A stretch of DNA of 64,000 nucleotides, from NCBI RefSeq assembly GCF_036321535.1, contig NC_087438.1, positions 12,216,001-12,280,000 of the forward strand, in the 5' to 3' direction. This stretch comes from Camelus dromedarius (lineage: Eukaryota). Below the pieces are notes generated by a model that did no database searches, was not told the DNA's origin, and saw only the letters and a list, made by a program, of their open reading frames with translations. This document shows positions 53,595 through 64,000 of the stretch, piece after piece (within the stretch, counting starts at the first letter, position 1; each line of letters begins with the position of its first letter). The translations under genes and the position numbers were made by a program.

Positions 53595-53960
53595 CTTTTA
53601 TTTTAGAATAGTTTCAGATTTTATAGAGAAGCTGCAAAGCTGATACAGATGGTCCCCACCCTCCTGCACGCAGGTTCCCCCAACTGTTAACATCTCATGT
53701 TGCTACTGTCCCCTCTAAGGGGCCAACATAGGTGTGTTATCATGAACACAACTCCGCATTTTGCTTGGATTTCACACCAGCGTTTCCCTAACACCCTTTT
53801 TCTGTCCCAGGTTCCCATCCAGCACTTTCTATCGGGTCATCCTTCCTCCTCAGGGCTTCTCTGCCCCCCGACAGTGTTTAAAGGCCTTGACAGTGCCAAG
53901 GAGTACAGGTCAGGTGTTCTGTGGAACATCCCTCTGTCGGGGACTGTCTTAGCTTTTCCC
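53595..53960 (-). mobile_element. Old L1MC-like fragment
   Basis: ttttattttagaatagtttcagattttatagagaagctgcaaag...tgttaacatct...gagtacaggtcaggtgttctgtggaacatccctc. Confidence 0.65.
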
Positions 53961-54965
53961 TGAAGTTAGACTGCAGTGTCGTGGCTTCCAGTGATGGCTC
54001 AATCCAGGGGTCCAATTTCCTGAATGGGAGTCCAGGCTTTCCTGCCTCAGCCACGCGGCCTGGGTCAAGTTCACCTTCTTGGCCCTCAGTTTCCTCCTCT
54101 ACAGAAGAGCAGAAAAGAACACGCCCTCCCTCCCAGGGGACTGTGGGGATGAAGGGGGCTAAGTCCAAGTACAAAGGGGAGGGGATCAGCAGGAACTCTC
54201 CACGGAGAGAAGTGGTCGTGGACTGAACAACAGAGCTGCCGGGCCAGAGACACAGGACAAAGGTTCCTAACAGACAAACCTGACTTCCAGAAACCTGCAT
54301 CCAAGGGGGACGATTTTTTAAGTAGATCATTTAAACCTGACACCACAGGACTCATTTGGGGACACAGGCAGCGTCCCCGCATGTGGGAGTGTCGGTGAAG
54401 GCAGCAAGCCACACGAGAGCAGGGTTCTGACGATGAACAGGACAGACCCCCAGGCAGCAGGTGGAAGTCTCAAGGTGAAGGGTGCAATTTTCCGCGAAGT
54501 AGCCAAGGACCAGTGTAGACTAACACACACCGTAAGATGGCTTACCTGCTCCACTTAACCACTGACTGGAAACTACGAACAGCTCCATACACCAAACAAT
54601 GAAGGCATTCACCTTCCTTTAGTTCAAGAAAGAAAAGTCTCAAACTCTAACTGACCAAGCTCTGGAAACCACTAAAGACTAAAATTGCTTCCCCGCTTAC
54701 CAATAAAAATTGGGGCACACTGTCTTACAGTGCAATAGACTTTTTTCCAAGCATGTTCATAAAAACAAAACAAAACCCACAGCAGCCAAAGTCTTTCTGA
54801 GATATCAACTTTTAATTCCATCTCAGCCCATGAGACTCTGAGTCACTAAGCTTGGAAAGTCTCAAGATCCCCTCGAGCAGCATGCATGGGTGGGCAGAGG
54901 CAGGCGGGGGGCTGGAGCTGAGACCCCACTGAATGAGTCCAGCCCGGGGTGTCGGGGGAATGACA

Positions 54966-55088
54966 AGTCTGGGTCCTGCAAACAAATCTTCCCTGGGGCC
55001 CCATCGGGGCAGGTCACATGAAGCTCTGAGTCTGGGTCCTGCAAACAAATCTTCCCTGGGGCCCCATCGGGGCAGGTCACATGAAGCT
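54966..55088. repeat. Tandem duplication: two identical 60-bp blocks, period 63
   Basis: agtctgggtcctgcaaacaaatcttccctggggccccatcggggcaggtcacatgaagct at 54966-55025 and 55029-55088. Confidence 0.95.
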
Positions 55089-55822
55089 GTAAGTCCCTCC
55101 CAGTTCCTTCTGGCTCCTGGTCAGCCTCTTCCCAACTCCTGGATGCCAGGCCCCAGCCAGACCAAAGTGGCCCTGGTCAAATGGGAAGGCCCTCTGCTCC
55201 CCTTTCTCCTTCCTAGGAAACCTCCTACTACCCGAGGGCCAGTGCTGAGGACAGGCTCCATCCAGCAGAGAGCAGAGGAAATTTCCTACGAGTGCGTTAG
55301 TGGAGTCCAGCACAGCCAGTCCTCCCTCCCAGCCCGCTCCATCCTTCCCAAACCACTCCAGCCACAACTGAAGCCCCCGTACACATGAACTGCCCCACTC
55401 AGGGAGAAGCCCGACTCACGGCTGGCAGTGAGGGCGTGTGAGCAATAAAAACCCACGGGGGTGAGCCCTAAACTCAGAGGGGCTCCTCGGGTGGAACAGG
55501 GTGGACAGGGCGGGGGTTAAGCAGGGCCAGGCAGAGCCCCGAGGAGGCGGGATTCTGCTCTAAGCCCAACTTCAGGTCATCACGCAGCTCCTGGCCCCTC
55601 TTCTCCCAGCAGTCCTCCCGGCCTCTCATCTTCTCTCTGGACAGCGGAGCCCTCCTCTACTTCACAGCAGGAAAGCACTGCAGGAGAGAATGCTCATGAC
55701 CCACTGACAGGCCAGGCAAACAGCCAATAAACTCCCACAGGATAGACACGGTCTAGAAGGGAGGCTTTCGTCCCTGACTTCAGCAGAACCACATGCCCAT
55801 GGAGCTCTGAAACCTCAACAGT

Positions 55823-55923
55823 GCCCAGCGATGAACTCCAGATGGGCAGACAGGGCAGGGGCCCCAGCTCGACGCCCAGGGATGAACTCCAGATAGGGGG
55901 CAGGGCAGGGGCCCCACCCCGAC
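55823..55923. repeat. Diverged tandem duplication, period 51
   Basis: gcccag(c/g)gatgaactccagat...cagggcaggggcccca starting at 55823 and 55874. Confidence 0.85.
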
Positions 55924-57485
55924 CCTGGGCCCAGGCCTTCCAGGTGGTGACCCAAGTGTTCGAGGCCTTCTTCCTCCCCACACCTGCAAGTTCACCAAGT
56001 TCAGAGATTCTCACACCTAGTCTGGCCCTTAGGAAACACTTGATGCCTCTTTGGAACCCCGCACAAAGCCAACACCAGCTCAAATCTAGGGTACCTAGTG
56101 TGAACCACTGACCTAAATACTTCCCCCAAGAGAGAAAAGCATTAGGTCCAAGCAAACTCAGGAAGGAAGAGAGGCAGGGAGGGAAGAAAGAAAAGGAAGG
56201 AAGGAAAAGGAAGGAAGTGAGTTAACAATGTAAATATTCTGCTCACAAAGCAGAATGCACTGCTCCTGAGTAATGTACCACATACCCATGTGTACATCTC
56301 CAGTTTTTATCTACTCCAATAATTAACGCTCACGGCAATCCATGTGTTTGTCTTGAAACTTAGTTGAAAGTCACTTTCAAACATGTTTTTAAAAATTACT
56401 TTAGAAGTTCCCACCAAACTGAACCTGTAACAAAACTGGCTTGCTAGACATCACCTAAAAATATACCCTTTGTTAAAAAAAAAAAAAAAAAGCCCTTGAT
56501 TAGCATTAGTGAGGGACTCTGCAATGCCACCACCATTGTAATGCGACTCCAATAGAACACCGTAATATCCTACTCCAAGACAGACACAAAGTACCACCCC
56601 CGTGTGTGAAACTAGCACCCCTAAACAAACCCACGAAGTCAACGTTTAAGCTCAGCTTGGCTTTTCCAATGGCAAAGCATCTTCTTCCAAGACTGTGTGC
56701 TGCTGTCTCTTGCCAACACCAGACAAACCTGAAGGCCTCTCATTCCTACAATCCAAATGTCTTTGTTCTACCTACAAATGTCACAGCTGTTTGGCAACAG
56801 ACACTGGAAATCTAGAGAAACCCCCACTTACCTCCCCTGTCTCCATTCACGGGTGACAGTGACGGCTCTCCCGGGGACATCCCGTCTGGGCTCCAGGATC
56901 TCGCACCATTCAGAAGGGCAGAGCTAAAAAGGTTCCAAAACTCCTTCACTGACTGAAAAGGGCAAAAGCCCCCAAAAGAGTTTTGTTTGAAATACACGTG
57001 GATCATAGAAAACTCGAGGACAAAGAGCCAAGCCAAAATTCAGGGCGATCAGGGCAAACACCCAATGCCATGAAGCACCTGCAGAGTGTCACTACATCTC
57101 TACAGGCCCCACTCAAGTCAAGAACTCCTTCAACTCCCTTTGTTGGAAGAAAGCACTGACCTACAAGTATGTGTGCCCTCTTGCTGTCATCAGTCAGAGA
57201 CTGGGAGATAAGCCGAATTCTTCTGAGAAGCACTGCTTGCAGAGCGGGGAGGCCTGGAGCGGCCGAGCAAAGTAACAGGAAGCAGTGCTGTTCTCCTTAG
57301 GGTAAGAGCGCCTGGAGTTATCGCTGGAGTTACCACAAGCAGCTCACAGGACTCCAGAGATAAAACTTTCAGGAGCTCCCTGCTCCTTGGCTGGGGGTTC
57401 CCTAGGAACCTTCTTGCTGTCTGGGTAAGTGCCTCTTCAGGCCAGCACTCCCCAACAGAACCGATGCAAGCCGCATTCGGGATTT

Positions 57486-57594
57486 GGGGGTGGCGGTGCT
57501 CATAGCTCAGTGGGAGAGGGCACGCTTAGCATGCTCGAGGTCCTAGGCTCAATCCCCAGACCTCCATTAAAATAAATTAAAAAAAAAAAAAAAA
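57486..57594 (+). mobile_element. tRNA-Ala-derived SINE (camelid Vic-1-like) with A tail
   Basis: atagctcagtgggagagggcacgcttagcatgctcgaggtcctaggctcaatccccagacctccattaaaataaattaaaa... Degenerate TSD aagccgcattcgggattt / aagcccacatatgggattt. Confidence 0.85.
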
Positions 57595-57619
57595 GCCCAC
57601 ATATGGGATTTTACATTTT

Positions 57620-57880
57620 CCAGCAGTCACATTTTTTGAAAAAAGTAAAAAGAAACAAGTGAGATTAATTTTAATGTGTTATTTAACCCCATAGATGCAA
57701 AAATAACTTCAACATGCAAGCAATGTAAAAAATGTATTGAGAATTTTATATTCTTTTTAACATACTAATTCTCAAAGTCTGGTGGGTATTTTGCACTCAC
57801 TGCACACCTCAGTTCAGAACAGCCATTTTTCCATTGCCCGCTAGCCATGTGTGGGCTACTGGTCACAGCATGTCACCATG
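57620..57880. mobile_element. MER3/MER33-like hAT-Charlie element
   Basis: agtcacatttt...aaaagaaacaagtgagattaattttaat...ttcaacatgcaagcaat...gcacacctcagttcagaacagcca...tagccatgtgtgggctactgg. Confidence 0.7.
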
Positions 57881-60800
57881 AAAACCTACTAGACTCTAGA
57901 AATGTAATTTTGTGGGCTAAGAGGGTGGTGGTGTGTGTCCAAAGGCATGAAGGCAATGTCTCCTCTTTATTTGCTTTTTCCCATTTTAGGGAATATATCA
58001 AATTTCCCAGTGATAACCAGCAAAGGTATGTATGACTTATCCATCATCACCTGCCCCAACCTAACCTACCATACATAGTTCAACATTCACGTGGGGGAGA
58101 TAGAAGAACCACCTTTTTCTGTCCCTCTGAAACAACAATAAAAGAATGTGATAAATCAGAATCGCTCTAAAAATGTGACCTCTACGCGCCCCGTGTATAA
58201 GATGATTAAAACAGCTTGGGGGGACTTGGTGCGTAAATTGCCCTGTGACATATTTTACCAAAGGGAGCAAGAAAAATGTATCTGTTTACTGTAATACAAA
58301 CCCCACCACCATTTCAATAGCTATGTTTGCTGAATTCTTGAACTCTTGAGGGCACATGCCAGCTCATTATCTGAGTTACTGGTGGCTTAGACTTAAGACA
58401 AATAAAATGAGACAATTAATTATACATTAGGCAGCAGAAAGTATGTGCTTTCACCCCAAAACTGCCCTCTCCTCCTCCCAACCATGACCAAATACTCTGA
58501 ATGGGATAACAGAAAGAGGAAAAAGTCTTGCAGATGTAATAAGAGGCAAATGTGTTTTTAATTGAGGTTTCCATGAGCTATCGGTTAGAAAGTAGTACTT
58601 GAACAGTAAGAAACTACTCTGCAGCCCAGTAAGCGGGGATCTGAAGACAGACAGACTACAGAAAAACTGGTAAATTTCCCCAAATACCCAGCAGAGGTGA
58701 GCAGCTCTGATAAGCCAACTGGCTTTTCAAAACCCAGGGGGTCGCTCCATCACGTGACAAAGGCCCAGCCAGGCCATCTGTTCTCACCACCTTCCCAAGT
58801 CCGGTCACCCTACCCTAGTCCCCCACACCCAACCCTATCCCTCTTCAATCTCTGAGCCACCTCGGAAGCAGCCCTTGCAAACCCACCTCCCTGTCTCACT
58901 TAAGGCCTCTTCCATTCAGACAAAATCCCGCCTGTGGCCTGTGGTCTGTGCATGCTCCGGCCTCTGCCTCCCCCTTCAGCCTCGCCTGGATTTTTCTCAG
59001 GTCCCACCCAGCTTGCACCGAGTCTCTATCCACTGCTCTGCCAGCAAAACCAATGCGCCCCTTTGACCCAGCCATCAACCTCCCCGACCCTGGGAGGCCC
59101 TGGCCTGAGAGCTGCACCTTTGTCCCCTGGCAGAGAAATCAGTAGAGAAACAACTCAAGTGATGCCAGCCCTCCCTGCTGGATGGGAGGGCAAGCACCAC
59201 CGCTGCCAGGAAGGACAGAAGGATGGCCCTCCAACAGTGACCCAAGAACATGGTGGACTTCAGCACAAACTCCACCCATCCTGACATTGGGCCGGGGCGT
59301 GTGTTTGTCTTTTACCAGCCCTGCCCTACTAACAATGACCTGACCTTTTGTGTCTCACTCCCCCTGAACTTACCTCGACAGCATTTAAATAGGTGAGAAA
59401 ACTTGTATTATAGATTCTGAGGTTCATGTTCGTGGAATCCAATAATGAAGATGATAGCTATACCCTAAAAACAGCACATCCTGGATCATCTACCAACACC
59501 GGCTGTCTTCCTGAGTTCCTACAGCGAGCAGTCAGGGGTTACTTACCAGGAACCCGATCTGCTCACTGCCGGCCCGACTGCGCTACCTCCAGGTCCAGCC
59601 AAACTCACTTTCCAGACAACAGCAGGGTCCTTGGAATTCCCATCCCCCAATGCCTTGGCTCCCTGGAAGCTTCTAGAGCCAGACCATCAGGAAGCCATAT
59701 ATTCCACCTTCAAAATGACTGATTTCAGAGGCCGTTTTTTTCCTTGGCCCAGGTGAAGGTGTGCAAAAGAATTTTCCAGAACTCTGAACTGGTGTTCTGC
59801 TTCTTTTGTGAATCCCAAGGTAGATTCTCCCCTTTTAGCAAATTCATTATAGCTGGAGAACCACCACCATCCAAATTCCAAATGCATTCATTCACTCTAC
59901 AAATATTGACTTAGAGCACTTGTTGGCTGACAAGGCACCACACCATGGCCAGGAAGTCACAGGAGTCAATGGTGAGGACCTGGGCTTCCAAATCCAGCAA
60001 ACCAAACTCCAGTCCCCCTACTGGCTGTGGAACCCTGGAAAATAACAGTAACAGGAAACACTGTGACCGTGTGCTGATCGCTGTTCCAAATGCATCATGT
60101 GCACCCACTGACACCTTACCGGCCAGCAACGAGAAATGTCCCCATTTAACAGATATGACAGAAGAGGCACAGAGCCACTGAAAAATCTGCCCAAGGGCCC
60201 AAAGCTAACAGGTGGTGGAACAGATTTGTTTTTTCCTTGTCCTTTTCTTTTTTTAGAAACAGCTTTACAAACTTACAACTTATATCCCATAAAATGACGG
60301 GCAGACAAGTCCACCTGCATCACTCCATGTAATTCTGCCTCTTCTGTCACTTAGCTTTCCTGCACTCCAAGTTCCTACTTTACAAAATGCAAACGATCAA
60401 GAGTTAAGGGGTTAAATAACGGAATTAATATTAGTAAAGCAGACCAGCCCAGCACCTGGCCCAGAGAAGGACCCAACAGCCCAAAAATACAGTCTGCTCT
60501 CCACAAGTTTAATCTAATCAAAGGCAAAGCTAGTAAATACAGAAAATAGCCATAATAAAATACAGAGAGAGATAAAGGACACAAAAAGTGCAGATAAAAA
60601 TACAAAGGGGAATTGAGTGTAAGGGAGGACCTCTGTTCCTGGAGCTGAAGTATTTGCAACGGAGAAGCCAGGCTGGGAACGCTGCTGAGTTTAGCATCAC
60701 TCAATCACTTAAAACACAAACTGCATGAGAACGGCCCAGAGCCTCTAAGAACAAGATGAATCTTGCATATCTGACACATACAACATGAGGCAGTGAATCA

Positions 60801-63629
60801 CACCTGCTGTGGAGGATGATCTGAATCCCTTCTTCTAGAGATGGGGATGAATTTCAGTGACCAAAACACAACCATCCTCTGAAGGAAACACTTCCAAGAG
60901 TGAACTGAGTGTATTCAACCTCATACATTTGTCTGGTCTTGTTTTTGCAAAGCTTACTGCTGTCCTCTGAGGATAATCATCTCCCTTACTGACCCTGAAA
61001 CCCTCTTCTCCCAAACTGTTACTGACCTTGGAGCCAGTGTCCCATGGCTCTCGATAGGACAGGGAGGGTGGGTGGGGGCAGAGGCACAACAAAGGATATG
61101 GTCTCGCATCCTATGGTCAGCTGCTCTCCCTCAATCAAAAACCCCCACCTGCCAGGGAGATGGGGCCATTTCAGGTCCACTGATTGGCAAGGGCCACCAA
61201 GCACAAAGGTCCTGCCCTAGGGTGGGTGAAAGCAAAAGACTGTATTACCTAAGATGCAACCCATTTTCAAATGTGTTTTATTGTTTCCAGGAACCCAATG
61301 ATGCCAACTGATCATTTGTTGTTCGCCTTAGAGAAGAAACTCCCTGCTACGGATGGAACTAAGAAATTTAACTACTGATTCTAAAGATACTAATTGGCTG
61401 GGCAGAGCCTTCGCCCACAAATCATGCTGGGCGCTGACCCCCAGGCAGTGGATGGGTCCCGGGTGAGAGCTGCGAAGAGCAGCTTGTTAACAAAGTGACA
61501 TCTGAGGCATGAGAACAATCCAGCAATTGTTGAGTCCCATTTCCTGCTCCATATCTTCCATGGCAAATTAAAAAAAAAAAAAGAAGAAGAAGAAAAAGAG
61601 GAAGAAAAGCCCCCTTAGATTAGGACACACACATCCGCAACTGCAGTCCCTGTGAGAAGCAACAGAGACTTGGCATTTTCACAGAGGTGGTTAAGTGTCT
61701 CGTACACACACAGTCTGTATCCATTACCAGCCCTGAAGGGACCCGCTGCCAGACACAACAGCTGCTGTCCCATCCCTGCAGGCCTCTGGGGCGTCCCTGG
61801 TGGGAATGAGGAGTGGGTCTCCTCTGCCCCCAGCCCCCCACCATTACAGACTGGAAGGGAGCTGGTGGGCTGCTCCCAGGACTGAAGGAATGAGCAGCCC
61901 TCACTTCAGGAAGGGCCCCCAGCAGGTTCCTCAGCATCAGCAACCCCGACAATGCAGCTGGGTAAGTCTCTGGGGTGAGAGGCTGTCCCGTGCACGGCAG
62001 AAGTTTAACAGCACCTCTGGCTTCTTCTCACCGTATAACCCCCACCTCAAACATCCCCTTGGGACCCAAATTACCCCCATTGAGAGCCATCGATCAAAAG
62101 GGAAGACAACTGTTTCAGCCTCACTGACATCCCACCTGGAAGTTAACTCATTAACTTCCAAGGACTAGATGGCAGATGCCAGCACGGCCAAAATCCCCTT
62201 AATCATCTCTCCCAGCTTCTTCCTCCTCCACCCCCAGGTGCAAAGCTGACATCCCCCAACAACCCCATCTCCCAAACCAAGAGGTGCCAGAACGCTGTAG
62301 ATGCTGCCAGTCCCCCTGCGAAGACGTCTCCTGACCCACCCTGCCTCCTCTCAACCCCCCTGGCTAACGTGGAGACAAACAGATAGTTGTATGCGGAATG
62401 TAGAGACATTCGAGAACCTGGGAGAACATACCGGTTTCTAACAGACACTTGAAAACCTTCACTCCTTCTGCTTCTGCTCTTTGCTGACCTCTTCGTAACT
62501 TTAGTATACGGTGGAGCACTGTCATCATCCTACTCTGCCTCTCAACTGGGAGACAGAGAACCAGCCGCCAGAGGAAACAGATAGGAGTGAGGTGGTCACA
62601 GAAGCACCACAAAGGCTGGGAAAACCAAGAGAGAAAGTACCAAACGCTATGGAGGGGACCAAAGAAATGACCACTGGTCACTCAGCCCGAGGACTGACAG
62701 ATCATTGGTGATTTTTTTTTTCATTAGAGTAATTTCCTGAAAAACAAAAAACCACAGGACAATTTCATCCGTCGGTAAATAAGGCCCAAGTGCTGCCACC
62801 ACACCCAAAAGGATCACGCAGACGTTATCAAAAGACCTTTAATGCGGCAACACTTAAATAAGGAGATATATACTCCCTCTGTTTAAAAAAAAAAACCACA
62901 GAATAAACAACTTCAGTGTGGAAAAAGGCAAGCAAAGTATATTTATGGTTTTGGCTTTTTAATGTATCTACTATGGGAAAAATACGGCACTTTCAGACCT
63001 CAGCTGCTGAGAAGACGACACATACAGCATTCATAAGCTTCTTTAAATGTAATAGAAAAACTTATTTTTATCCTTCTATTATCAAAAGGGTAAAAACTGA
63101 TGAATCACTTAAAACTAAAGCAAAAATCACCTCTGCATATTCTCTTAAGCAACCTTTACGCAGAAAAATCTGTAAATTCTTATCAGCTGGCGATACTTAA
63201 GGCAAATGACGAAACCAACATAAAACTAAGGACGCCTGTTAGATCACACACGTGAGCAAAGAAACTGACCCTCACAAGATGCGTTACAGGCTCCTGTGAA
63301 TGAGGCTACGATTAGGTTTTCTAAAGATGCTTTTACCTCTGGCCTATTTAAGTGGGGGTGTGCAGGGTATGGATAAACCATTTAAAGTAAGTTTATTAGT
63401 CAAACCAATTGAAAATTGAGGGACAAAGTGGCACCTGTGTTAACACCACGCTGACACTCTACTACAAGGACACAAAAGCCCATCTATTCCTGTCTCTCTA
63501 AATGTAGGCCTCTTGCCAGATAGAAATCAACATAAATCAGTATAAAAATACATTATATTTTAAAAATACATCAATAAACATAGACATTTTTATGCAGTGT
63601 GTTTTATACACATGTATATAAAATCAGAG

Positions 63630-63880
63630 CCAACACTGGACTATTATTCAGCTGTAAAACGGAACGAAGTCCTGGTACATGCTACCGAGTGGATTAAACT
63701 CAAGAACACACAAAATGAAAAAAATCAGACACAAAAGGCCATGGGGGGTGTAATACCATTTAAACGAAATACCCAGAAGAGGTAAATTCACAGAGACAAA
63801 AAACAAACTGGTGGTTTCCAGGGGCTGGGGGAGGGGTGAATGAGGAATGACTGTTCAGTGGGTTTGGGGTTTCATTTGAG
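63630..63880 (+). mobile_element. L1MB-like 3' fragment
   Basis: ggactattattcagctgtaaaacggaacgaagtcctggtacatgctac...cagacacaaaaggcca...ggtggtttccaggggctgggggag. Confidence 0.8.
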
Positions 63881-63884
63881 GGTT

Positions 63885-64000
63885 CAGTTAGGTCCTAAGG
63901 GTGAAGCCCTGATCCAACAGGACTAGTGCTCTCATATGAAGAAACAGCAGAGATCTCACTCACGCCTGAAACTCTCTCTGCCCCCATCTCCCCCCGACCC
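63885..64000 (+). mobile_element. MaLR (MLT1-like) LTR fragment
   Basis: gttaggtcctaagggtgaagccctgatccaacaggactagtgctctcatatgaagaaac. Confidence 0.6.

Larger units (their letters stand above)
39898..64000 (-). other. MYO10: 3' part of MYO10 intron 1 (exon 1 and promoter beyond window end)
   Basis: Lies upstream of exon 2. No CpG island and no MDNFF-type first coding exon seen in the window. Confidence 0.8.

Noticed and set aside
54966..55088. CRISPR-like repeat array
   Set aside because: Only two adjacent copies with no unique spacers, in a mammalian intron.
54812..55388. ORFs with a repeated 21-aa peptide
   Set aside because: Fully explained by the 63-bp DNA duplication, which is a multiple of three.

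Overview
Mammalian genomic DNA, almost entirely intronic. The tRNA-Ala-derived SINEs, artiodactyl-type L1 3' ends and lack of any Alu, B1/B2 or Bov-tA elements suggest a camelid (inference). The window covers part of the 5' region of MYO10 (myosin-X) on the minus strand. Coding exon 2 (39799-39897) and exon 3 (2367-2525) are present with canonical splice sites, separated by a 37.3-kb intron; exon 1 and exon 4 lie outside the window. Intron 1 contains a full-length processed RPL32 retrocopy (+ strand) with a 5'TOP UTR, poly(A) tail, 17-bp TSD, an uninterrupted frame and ATG changed to ACG. The rest is L1 3' fragments, SINEs, MIR, ERV/MaLR LTRs, hAT MER elements, microsatellites and small tandem duplications. 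Nearly all other ORFs in the track look spurious. I found no evidence of a new multi-gene system. The best leads are the open, GC-biased RPL32 retrocopy, a polyadenylated LTR-R retrocopy, an inverted LTR pair flanking exon 2, and a perfect 63-bp-period duplication. Repeat family names are from recognition by eye and need Dfam/RepeatMasker confirmation; repeat boundaries are approximate unless TSDs are given.
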